DNA of 52,781 nt, the filler included, from Porpidia crustulata (lineage: Eukaryota), in assembly GCA_964255105.1 (NCBI GenBank). It is 3 parts of 3 records of this genome, joined end to end, with 100 filler letters (N's around TTAATTAATTAA, not from the genome) between each part and the next. Parts side by side here need not be neighbours in the genome. Positions count along the whole stretch, not along the records: positions 17,644 to 35,178 come from CAXUWE010000215.1; positions 35,279 to 52,781 come from CAXUWE010000216.1; 1 more part is not named here. The stretch is one strand, 5' to 3'. A model generated the notes under the pieces. The model saw only the letters and a list, made by a program, of their open reading frames with translations. It was not told the origin of the DNA and did no database searches. Both the position numbers and the translations under genes were made by a program. Below are positions 25,301 to 38,660 of the stretch, piece by piece (within the stretch, counting starts at the first letter, position 1; each line of letters starts with the position of its first letter).

Positions 25301-27701
25301 ATATACTACGTATCCCCATAAGTGTTTATATTTCCTGTCAACACTGAAAATATTATTAAATGAATATGTTGAGAGCTATGGCAGAGCAGGATCCTGTTGT
25401 GTATTCAAGTCAAAAAGACAGTAAAAGAAAATGCGCACGCTTTGCATGAAGTACCGATATATCGCCGTGGGAAAGCTACAGCTCTGATCGTCCAAGAGCA
25501 TCTGGAAGACGACGATCAATCCCACCCTGTCCTACCCCACACAAAACAGAAGAAGCAAGTCCCTGCAGTACTAGCGCCCAACTCGGATTACCCTTACTCT
25601 TAGCCACCTAGACACCCAATCCCGGCTGTTCTTTGGGACGCAATATGCATCTCCATATTAACTGCACACCATCTCAGACGGCGGCCCTAAGGAAAACCCA
25701 TTAAGCATGTGAGCGTGTGAGCGTGCCACCCGTCAGGCACAAATGCCGCTACTCCGTTTCGATGCAGCCATCGTGTTGGACTTCTCACATGGGACGATTG
25801 CGTTCGTGAGCAACCTATGCAGTGGATCTAAGTATTTGACGTTGCCGACCGGATCATCGGCTTCTGTCGACCTTCGCTGTTTATCTATCTCGTGGCTTCA
25901 AGACTGTTCTACGATATGAGTTTCAAGTCACGCGCTTTTCAAGATGTAGACATTTTTTGCCCATATACGGAGCTGCAAAACTACTGATTGTAGTGGTGGG
26001 AAGAACGTGCGGTTGTCACTGTGTCACTCTCATATTGCTAATCAAGGAAGAAGCCGAGATCGGCAACCGGCGAGGACATGCTGCTTATCTATTTGCGGAC
26101 TAGATCTAGATCCTGGCGTTTCAGGAGCGTCGCCTCCCAGCAGCCTTACGAGTCTGGTAGAGAGGTACTATCGCTACCCACAAGCCTTACGAGACGGGTA
26201 TGTGTGGCACAGTAGTCCTTAGACGGCATCCTGACAGCAGATCTCTTTCCCCGCGGGTCGGGCGTCATTCATGTTGGTCTAATTGTGGCCTTTCCTCTCT
26301 GTTGCCGTGCTGCGAATTGCCTGATTGGGCCTCCAGTGGCGCTGCGTTGTGACCGCTGCGATCAACGACATACCCCTGACCTTCCTAATTGGACAAAGCT
26401 CTAATGATACTCTCTTAGCATCCGACGTACAGACCGCCGACAATAGACATCATTCTTATTCCTTCTCAGGGACCCATGAGCAGTATCTGGCTTAGCATTG
26501 CGTTGATCATCCAAATAGGATTAGGCGCGTCGGTGCAGATTTGACGTCTCGATTTACAACGCCGGGGAAATCATAATTCTCCGGGCGAATTTGAGTTTCT
26601 CGTGGGCTCTATCAAACCTTCCCAAGTACGAGTGTCATCCTCGTGCGTCGTTCTGTCTTCCACACACCCCCATCACCAGCGCAGATCACGGAGTATCGCA
26701 CATCGACTTTGCGCTGTCTTCCACACCTGCTAATTGTAAATCGAGCAAGCTTCTGGAAGTCAAAGCACGGAACATACTGATTGGATAGTAAATCTGGCAA
26801 CATCCGCGCTCGCAACTGATCATCGAAGCTCCCCAGTCTTGGCCCGGTTCATGCCGTTGGATAGCTTCGATACCTGGCCCTACTCTAGCCCTATTTCGCA
26901 GTCTTAGAGCTAACACGTGATCATCGTCAGGGATATGGTACTCCAGATACTGGTAAAGCAGGGTAGAGTAAAGTTGGGTAGAGGCCGACTCGGCCAAGTC
27001 GACATGGTGCATGGATGGTTCCCACAGTGGAAGTAGTGTCTCCGGAATTCGGGAGCTGTTCTAAACTTGGGGATATCCCAAGTCATCCATCTGCTTTAGC
27101 TCAAACGTTCAAATTAGGGCAGCCGTTCAGACCCATCCGGCGTCGCCATTGCGGCTGTCGTCACCAGAACCACAACATGAGTGTTTCCGATAACCGATAT
27201 CCATTGGACTGCCCACCACCGACCGACCGGGATAACTTGATTGCATGCATGACTGTCCACCTGCGGGATGCGAGGGATTGGCACGCCGCCAAATTGAATC
27301 ACCTTGCAGAAGTTGTGTACAATGCTTGGGTCAGGATGGCTACAAGTGGCAATAGATCGGTGCCCGCGAGGGAACACATTCATGCCCCGTGTCAACGTGC
27401 ATCCTTAAATGCCCATCTCCCGCGTGATTTCAGCATTGCCAAATGAGAGCTATTAGAATTGTTGACGTTGGGAAAAGTATCAGTCCTTTGAGCTTAACTG
27501 GTAACGCTAGGACTGCCTTTTCAACCATCTAACGAACAATTCGAAGTCGCCGTTCATCCAGCGGCGTGCATCTAATCCCATAGCTCCTCGGATCTCTTGC
27601 TCCGGGAGGCTTGGGGTCTTTCTAGGCACAGCGCCTTAACTTTGGGGCAGTCTGGTAACATAACAATGATATAGTACATATTGTCCGGTGTATCATTCTA
27701 G

Positions 27702-30332
<2,631 letters not shown>

Positions 30333-31465
30333 GGCGTTGTACGCGTTGTCTGATCATGCAAAGGTATCCCTTTACCAATTTTGCCAAAATCGGCCTAAAT
30401 CTGGTGGTATAGGGGTCGAGAATCTTCACCACCACCCAATTAATAGTGTCAAGGAATGACTGCCGCAGTGTGCAGGGACCGACGTGGGGGGCGTGGGAGA
30501 AGGCGCATATACATCACGACATGGTACATGACGAATTGAACAGCGACCAAGATGACGGACATAGGGGTGCAAGGAAACGGTGTCTTGGACGGACTGGCGA
30601 TTTGACGGACTGAAGATTTTGGTTCTCGTGGAATAATATACCTTGAATCTTTCAATTAAAACCCGACCATGTTCATTGTCGCATGTCATACAAGTCGCAA
30701 ACACTTGTAATGGCAGGAAATCTGCTCCGTCGATCAATCGGGCATCACACATCTCAATGGCTTCGGTTGTGTAACTTTGACAAGCCTAAATTATGCAGAC
30801 CTGCGGTCAAACCAGGGAAAGGGCCCCACACCGGCCAGCGGTGCAGCATGTGCGAAGAAAATGGAAAAGACCCCATCCCACTCTTTTGCATTTCCGATTC
30901 CGTAGCTATGCTAAGACCGAACCAATTTTTCTATTCTACCCACCCAAACCCTCGGGACTGTGTAGACGCACGACACAATGTGCTGTACTCGCCCCATTCC
31001 GCCTGCATATGCACACGCCTTTGTCGATTATTCGCTGTCGTGAAAACGGTGGGAGGGAGGAAGGGAGGGATTCGCTCTAAGACGGGTTACGAAAGAGGTG
31101 AATAAGATACCACGATATAATTGTGGGATGATACTGAGATGGAGTGTGGGTTTCAAAGGCTCTCTCAACATGTGGCGCAGCTCGGCTCGGTTTGACGGAG
31201 GGCTCTACGGTCCAGTTTTTTGGGTACATCATACCGAGGCTCCACAGGGCGCATGTGTGGTGGGTTCCTAATACGACTGTACGAAATTCATGGCTCTGGT
31301 TATACTGCTTCCAATCTACATTACATCAAACAGTGTTATTGATTTAAGGATTATTCTTGCTTAACCGCTAATTCTACTCTTCCTCCGAGGGCACGTTCCA
31401 CCACTCCTGATCCGCCATCTCCGAATCAGCCTCGACCGCATGAGTGCCTTCAACACCCACCAACC

Positions 31466-32129
31466 ATGCCGTTCCGAGAGAAAATCAAGCGTGCCTTTGG
31501 AAAACCCAACGGTGACGACGCAAGCGAACTTACTCACACCTCGTCGAAATCCTCCAAGAAACCCAAGGCGGAGCGGAACAATCTGTACGAGCCGATGCCC
31601 AAACCCAAGTACAGGGGGCCGTACAACAAGGAGCATCAGGAGAAGCTGTCGTCGTTCAGCTTTTCGGATGCCTGGAAATCGAGGCGCACGAGCAACAACA
31701 GCATATACAGCCCGCTTGGCTCGAGGCGCCCCAGCCAGGTCGGCAGTCTGAAGAGTCGGAAGAGCTTTGGGATCGCGAGGAGTCGACAACAGAGTCGGGT
31801 GGATGGGATGGTCGCTGAGAGCGCGGATGGAGATGACGATGTGACAAACGGTAAGAATGGAGCTGGGCAATAAGAATTTGGTGATGGGTTTTACGCTGCA
31901 GGGCTAATACATCTCAGTGGGGTTGTCAAGACAACATACTCTTGACGAGAACGCAAGACCGAGGACCGAGAGCAGTGCGGCTACGAAAGTCAATGGGCTC
32001 GAGCCGGCGAGGATAATCACCAATGGCTATCTCAATGATGGGGATCATGGAACGCCCTTCACCGAGGACGAGCTTACTCACGCCTTGACCAAGACTACAT
32101 TAAGACCGCCAAGGTCAGAGAATCAATAA
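31466..32129 (+). CDS. Small Ser/Arg-rich conserved fungal hypothetical protein, 2 exons
   Basis: MPFREKIKRAFG…MPKPKYRGPYNKEHQEKLSSFSF…YSPLGSR; intron 31851-31917 (GTAAGA…GCTAAT…CAG) joins in frame to VGLSRQHT…FTEDELTHAL. Confidence 0.8.
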
Positions 32130-32466
32130 TGAATTTCGAATCTACTTATTGTTGTTGTGGAAGACTCTGTCGTAGGCACGTCGTGAGGTTCTCTATCATC
32201 AAAATGCATCTACGTTGACATCCTCCTTTACACTACCTCAGCCACCTGTCTCATTGCCACCAGTAGTTGCCTTGTCCTGAAGAAGCTCAGCATTATCATT
32301 GTTTTGAACCTCTTCGCTCTTGAACTTAGAGCGGTGTCTGTATGATTTCTCTCCACAGCGGCACGTAAAGGGTTTCCTCGCAAGGGATTGATCTAGCTCC
32401 ATGGTTCAGAAGAAACACAAGAACGCGATCGTGATCAGATTCAGCTGCTGTTTCAAAGGTGTTCCA

Positions 32467-32702
32467 TGTTAGCCCAGTCACGACAACTAATCGCAATTTC
32501 TGCTAAGTGGAGAGCAATTAAACATTTCCCATACAAATGGTGGAATACATACTCTGTTCGTTTGGCTTTCCGTCCCAGCTAGGTTCAAATGTACCTTTTG
32601 CTCGCTGACCCAGAGTGTCGGGGTTGCCGGTTCGCAGTTGACCTAAGACATGCCTACCCAAGTGCAGGATCCGGCTGGGCAATTCCGACAGGCAGCTTAA
32701 CA
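32467..32702 (-). mobile_element. LTR-like segment beside the retrotransposon relic
   Basis: TGTTAG…TTAACA ends, about 236 bp, non-coding; no TSD or polypurine tract seen. Confidence 0.35.
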
Positions 32703-32787
32703 CAGTTCTAGATGGAGCCTTAGGCAAGAGGCTCTATAAGGGCTCAGAACGGGGAATTCCGATTGGGGGTTTGATAAATAGCCCTTA

Positions 32788-34380
32788 TTAAGAGCTTTGA
32801 AGAGGAATTACGTACAAGTCGGTTCGGGAAGAGGAACGCGCGTGGGATGGCCCGCCTTTGGACAATGAAGCGACGTCCCCTTTGGCGTAGACAACGCGGG
32901 CGCAGTAGTGGATTCCAATGGTGTAATAGGCATGCTTCAGATCAGCCGAGAACAGGAACTGATGTCTTTGGTTGAAAAGATTGTCATGTACTTTTGATGA
33001 CAACTTCACAAATGTAGTAGGTAGGTCTTCTGTTACTCTGCTAAAGTTGAATGTGAGCCTTGGCTCGTCAGTAGATTTCGGATCTTCCACTTTGTTCACT
33101 AATACAGCTCTGGCACCCCATTGGGACGATCTTCCATCGGCAGGCTGGGCGAGTTCATAGACACCTCCAATGAAAAGCCTGGGCGACTGGGTCCTTCACA
33201 TCAGATAGTTCATCCCCAGAATCCAAGGACTCCATTTCTGATGACTCGGCATCTTCAATGTTTTTCACGAAGCCTTTGCCAGTAGGGTTTGGTTGGATTG
33301 GAAATGCCTCCTTGAGGTACATAAGTAAATTGTGGTCCTTATGAAACACAAGCTCTGATCAGGTTACTTCTCTAATGGTTTCCCCAACTTCCGGATCACT
33401 TAGCATGATTTTCGATTGCATTGTCGAAATGACTGCATTGACAGCAAGAAGCCAGGGAATATATGAAAGTAAACTGAGGTATTCCGAATGCCCGGGGACT
33501 GATGAATCAGATCCGATGAAACATCGAACTTTTCTCAAGATTCCCTGTACACCCGCTTTCACAAGGACTCAGTGAACAAGCATATGCTTCTTATGATCAG
33601 CCGTAGTCATAGACATACCGTGGAAGTGGATCTCAGCTAGAGACTTAACCTTCATAACTAACTGTCTCATCACAGCATCTGAAATAACATTTACTTCAGA
33701 TCCTTGGTCTGCCTAAGTATACCTTCGCTCCAAATTTAGTTCTTGACCCCTGGACCTCACCACTGTTGGAATCCTGAAGGCTTTCTCAACCCCTACTAAG
33801 ATCTGTAGAAATAGGGTGTGAGCGCTTTCAGCCATGGGGCCTACTATCATAGGATGGACTGGTTGAAAAGGTTGAATCGGCTGAAAGCTAGGTAGTACGT
33901 TCAGTAATGGCGGCAGTGTTGGAGGGGCTTGATAAGATCCTTGTTGCCAAGTGGGATAGACGGGGTTGACACCCAAATCGGTTGGCTGGAACGGTTGTGT
34001 AGGTTGATTCAGTTGGTTGAATTGATCCTGCTGCTGCTGCTTTGTCTTGGATACCCTAGTCCATAATCTTCTACGTTCTTTAATGCTGAGGGTGACCTTG
34101 CTAGATAATCCATCCAGGTTAGGTCCATTTTTTTTTTCCGTAGCACATGGCGTATAGACATTGGCTTGTCATCAGCCCCAATGTCCTTATTTATCATCTC
34201 AACTAAGGGCTGGGGTTCGGTCTTTTTACCAGTCCTCTTTTGCCCTTTGTTCTGTGGCCTTTCGCTCATTGCTTGGAACTTATATGATATGCCAACCGGA
34301 ATTTGTGAGTAACCTTGGGGTTGACGCTGCTAAGGCAGCGGACGGACCGTTACTTGAGTGGACCCCGTCATATCCACCTC
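32788..34380 (-). mobile_element. Degenerate Ty3/Gypsy-type LTR retrotransposon internal fragment (gag-protease-RT)
   Basis: Gag-like QPLVEM…MSIRHVL…DLTWMDYLA (34009-34269); aspartic-protease-like ADQGSEVNVIS (about 33680-33712); RT N-terminus WGARAVLVNK…EPRLTFNF…LFSADLKHAYY (about 32910-33120); many stops, shifts and deletions. Confidence 0.8.
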
Positions 34381-34389
34381 CTAACCCTA

Positions 34390-34530
34390 ATCCGGGCTGA
34401 CCCTATCTTTGATGACAGGGTCCTTCGCATTGACGACAAGTTCATGTTGACCGACGACCACTTTGCCAGTAAGACCGCCATGGCGACCTATGTTATCTCT
34501 CAGATCGGAGGTGACGCCGCGGGTCACTCG
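34390..34530 (+). mobile_element. Gag fragment of a second retrotransposon, opposite strand
   Basis: DPIFDDRVLRIDDKF…DHFASKTAMATYVISQIGGDAAGH resembles the fungal Gypsy gag core. Confidence 0.45.
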
Positions 34531-35037
34531 CCGTTCTTGCCCTTCTCTCGACCAATCATATCCTCCGCGCCCCAAACTCGTCCTTCTGGCAGTCATGAAC
34601 TGCTGAAGTCTTCGCTCAGCAGCCAATTTACACTGCATTTGATAGAGCTCATCACAAAGTCTCGGTCCTAGGCCGGGTGGTATACCCAGGTACACCCAAT
34701 CTGTACATTTCTTTATGAAACACCTTCCGAGCTCTTTCTATGGCTGTTGCCTGACGCTTGTGCTGCTCTACTTGCCACATAGGCCGACTTCACCATGTGC
34801 ATGCACAGGTGAGTTAATTCCTCGGTTTGAGTAGATGATCACGATGAAAGTGTTTCCGGGGAAGTTTTTGTAGATAGACGAGACAATCGTAGCGACGGTG
34901 CGGGGTCTGCGAACAAATGATGGCCTATAACTAAGATTTGCAGCTGATACGGTTGATCCTGCGCCATTCGAAAGTTAGATAGATTCCAAGTGGGAAAATA
35001 TGACATCTGCCATAGTGAGATATCGCTGTATGCAATA

Positions 35038-35178
35038 CTCGTTCCCACCCCCAAACGGTCCGCGCCCTCAAACGGACCGCCCTACCTAGGGTTAGGGCTA
35101 CAGCGTAGGGTTAGGGTTATATCGACTAATCTTAACTAGCGCGGACCGTTTGGGGGTGCGGACCGTTTGGGGGTGGGA
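35038..35178. mobile_element. MITE (Tc1/mariner-pogo type) with internal TTAGGG repeats; right end runs into gap
   Basis: Preceded by TA (35036-35037); 38-bp inverted arms 35043-35080 and 35141-35178 (3 mismatches), each with two 17-bp subrepeats ACCCCCAAACGGTCCGC. Confidence 0.8.
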
Positions 35179-35278
35179 NNNNNNNNNNNNNNNNNNNNNN
35201 NNNNNNNNNNNNNNNNNNNNNNTTAATTAATTAANNNNNNNNNNNNNNNNNNNNNNNNNNNNNNNNNNNNNNNNNNNN
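35179..35278. other. Artificial assembly linker (N44-TTAATTAATTAA-N44)
   Basis: 100 nt; 12-mer at 35223-35234. Confidence 0.97.
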
Positions 35279-35903
35279 GAACGGGGGGTGTGGACGCGGG
35301 GACCGGATTGAGAGGAGTAGTCTGGGGAGTCCCGCCGTCGACGTGGTCGTGACGATCGAGAAGGGGTGGTGAAAGAAGGAGCCGTGGAGGTGAAGTAGGA
35401 CGGCGAGTCAGGGTCCGAGTCTTCGGATGAGACCTGGTAAAGAGGCGTAAGCAGGGAGCGAGTGCATGATTCCACCGTAGACGAACATCGTATGAATCCT
35501 TTCTATAGCTCCCAGGCCTTCGTCGCAGATTTTCGTTGAAGGAAGATTGCGATATTGACATCTGCCCTGCTTGCGCCGCCTGAACCTGCAATATAGTCTT
35601 TGCAACTTCGAAAGGTTGCGCCAAGAAGACACTGGTATATCGCCATAGCGCCTGTTCCGCCAGCTGTTTTACCACATCCTTGGGCGACGGGCCCGAGTCT
35701 GAAAGGTATTCTGAGTAGTCCATGTCGGCAAGAATGTTGCGAGCGGAAGAGCCGAAGCTCGTCGTGGTGGCTGATGTCGCTTCATTCTTGTTACTGACGT
35801 TGGCTGCGGAGGCGATACTATGATAGGCATCTGCGGAGCCCCCAACACTCGGTGGGACATAATATGGTCGCAGAGGATTTGGAGTTTCCCTTAAAGAGGT
35901 CAT
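35279..35903 (-). CDS. UGO1: Mitochondrial fusion protein Ugo1, N-terminal part (truncated by gap)
   Basis: MTSLRETPNPLRPYYVPPSVG…DMDYSEYL…ALWRYTSVFLAQPFEVAKTILQV; intron 35486-35434; then SSEDSDPDSPSYFTSTAP; open into Ns. Confidence 0.88.
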
Positions 35904-36109
35904 GTTATGCTGAAGAGCGAGTTTGAGGATAAAGATAAAATTGAAAACCGGAAAGTTGTTGATAGCTGTGCCCAAGGCAAGTTTCGGCGAGGCGCTTCCG
36001 GTCCGCCTTGCCCTGCATGATTGTGCAGCCGAAAGACTATGAGAACGTCAACATACCATATCGGTAGCGACGGCGAGGTTCACGCCTTGAACATCGGAAT
36101 TGTTCGATT

Positions 36110-36873
36110 ATGTCGAAGGCACGCCGGATACCACAGACTATATATCAATGTCTTCGAGCATCTGAATCCCAAACGCTGCCTGCGAGCTCTATTCTCTCAC
36201 CTCATTTACGCCATACATCACCATACTCCAGCTATGAAGTGCCGAGCCGATCAATAGCGATGCGCTCTACAATTACATTAAAGCGCTCGGAAGGACACAG
36301 ATTCTTTCCTCGTGCTCGAAGGAGATTCTCTGCTACTGCGGTCGCAATGCACGAACATCTCACACCTCCCAAACCTGGTGAAGAGTGAGTAACCTTTTGC
36401 AATGGATGATCAAGGTGCCCCTATCTTCGGTGGCAGTATCTGATCGCACAATCCTCCAGGCTTCATATCACGTTCGTCGACAAAGACGGTGAAGAGCATT
36501 ACTTTGAGGTTGGGGAGGGGGACAACCTACTGGCGATTGCTCAAGATAATGACTTGGAAATGGAGGGTGAGCCATGACCCAGTAATCTTGCCAAAAGCCC
36601 TTCAGCTAATCACCTTGTCTAGGAGCTTGTGGAGGCTCATGCGCCTGCTCGACCTGCCACGTCATAGTCGAAGACAGTGACACCTACGACAAAATCCCCG
36701 AGCCAGACGACGACGAAAATGACATGTTAGACCTCGCTTTTGGCTTGACAGAGACGTCAAGACTAGGGTGCCAGGTGAAGATGACCAAGGACCTCGATGG
36801 CTTACGGGTTAGGTTACCCAGTATGACACGGAACTTGCAGGCAAGCGATTTTAGTGGGGCGAAGAAGTCGTGA
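36110..36873 (+). CDS. YAH1: Mitochondrial 2Fe-2S ferredoxin (adrenodoxin-like), 3 exons
   Basis: R/S-rich targeting peptide ending [10 protein letters not shown]; introns 36385-36459 and 36567-36622; [10 protein letters not shown]…[28 protein letters not shown]…[24 protein letters not shown] 36871-36873. Confidence 0.96.
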
Positions 36874-38379
36874 AAGCGGGATGATTGTTTTATTTAATAG
36901 ATTATCAAGACCTCATCTATAGTAGCCTCCTGTCTCACAACATGACCTAGTCTCATAGAGCTCCAAAGCATAATTAAAAATAGCGATAAGTCAGTGTATA
37001 TTTGTCCGATTACTATCTATGCCAAATATGCCAAATATTACGTAGAGTATGACTAGCCAGAGCCTCAATTTCTCCAGCGACATTACCATAGACTGTCATG
37101 TTACACGAGCCTAGTGATCAAGACGATTGAAATGGCTGATCCCGGACTTTCCTCAATTGTAAGAACTCCGATGACCCTTCTCCAAACGCAGGTCCACGGA
37201 GCAGCGATGTCAACGACCTTAGGAGAGGGATCCTCAGCAAGGGGGTAGGCTGGAGCACGTCTCTTGGGGGTAGTGCAATTGGATCCGTCTCTTCTTCACT
37301 ATGCGATAGTGGAAAATCCAGTGAATATCTTAGATATAGCAACGAGAGGCACAAGTCCAGAGATCAATACCTTCTCCGTAAGTAACGTCCGATAGGCCAA
37401 GTATTCTTTGGGTGACAAGGAAGCGCTCGCTCAAGAGATGTTTTGCTGCAACAAGTCGGCATCCACATAATGCCTTGCGTAACGTGTCGGGAAAACGACC
37501 CCCTTTATGACACCTTTTCTCTTCCATCTGGTCTGTTGTGCTTGGCTTGGGAAAACTGAGGACAGTACTGGGTTCAAGGAGCCTCGGAGCTGACAGAGAC
37601 ATCATTGTAGCATGACCAATAGCACTTCGCAGTATCGGTGAGAGTAAGCAGTTCGTGGCGGGCTGCAGTTCATCTGGTAGTCAGCTGTCAATATTCCGTT
37701 TGAAGATGAAGATCCCCTTATTGTTACAAAGAAAATCCTCTTAGCGTAGAAAAACTTGTCGCGGGTTCTGTTTTGCTCTTCCGCGCAAAATAATTTGTCC
37801 CATAATGATTTCTGAGGTTATCCGAAGACTTGCGTGTTCTCGAGAAGTGTGCAGCTTTGAACTGGTGAAGTCACGAGAACAATGGGAACAAGCGGGGAAA
37901 TCGTGACTGGCGAAAAGGGCAGCTGACTGTGTAGTTCCTGAAGCATTGTTAAATTTCCCAAAGTCCATAGGTATGATTTGAAACAGGACCATCGTAACTT
38001 CTTCACTAAAGTCCACCAAGTCAACTCAGCGAAACTCCTATATAATCTGTAAATAACTCTGTATAATGCTGCAGCATAAATGGAGCTTAAACTACGCTTT
38101 GCGTCCTGAGCCGCAGATTCTGCCCCAATGTTTGCTGTTCTTTCCCTATTCTCTTCACTGTCACATACGTAGCAAGTACATAGGTTTGCAAAGTGCTACA
38201 CAGTCATCAGAAGTAGCCTCGGATCCTTGAGGCATTAAATTGGGTTGTTGAGACAGGCAGGAGCGAATGACTGCTGTAGACGATATCGTCGATGATCGCT
38301 GACGATGGCCCGTACCCTATTCCCACAAACACACTGGTACTTTGGTTGCAAGCACAGCAAGAATGGAGGATCAAAAATC

Positions 38380-38660
38380 AAAAAAAATGGGGGTTCTCGG
38401 TCGGCCTGAACCAAGGCGGTCTTTGTCGTGAATCGAACCCAAGACCTCCTAATTCAAGGTTTTGATACACTGAGCCAGGCGGTAAGAAAGATACATTTGC
38501 CGTGTCATGCGTATCAGAAACCCCGAACTAGTCAATCTTGGGTGGGTCTTCGGCGGGATTCAACCCAACTACTCCTGATTCAAGGTTTTGATACACTGAG
38601 CCAGGCGGTATGAAAGATACATTCGCCATGTCATGTGTACCTGAAACCCCGAACCAGGGT
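38380..38660 (-). repeat. Tandem 126-bp tRNA-derived (SINE-like) units with Pol III A/B boxes and oligo-T terminator
   Basis: 33-bp identical core at 38452-38484 and 38578-38610. Minus strand: A-box TGGCTCAGTG (38477-38468; 38603-38594), B-box GGTTCGATTC (38439-38430) and GGTTGAATCC (38565-38556), then T8 (38387-38380). Confidence 0.65.

Noticed and set aside
27015..27446. 143-aa ORF upstream of the Zn2Cys6 gene
   Set aside because: No recognisable motif or splice structure; length compatible with chance.
35086..35120. Telomere or chromosome end next to the gap
   Set aside because: Only short TTAGGG doublets, enclosed by inverted repeats of a MITE; the same motif occurs internally near 42265.
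38405..38656. CRISPR array or functional tRNA genes
   Set aside because: Eukaryotic DNA; only two units, similar along their whole length with no unique spacers; no acceptor or anticodon stems could be folded.
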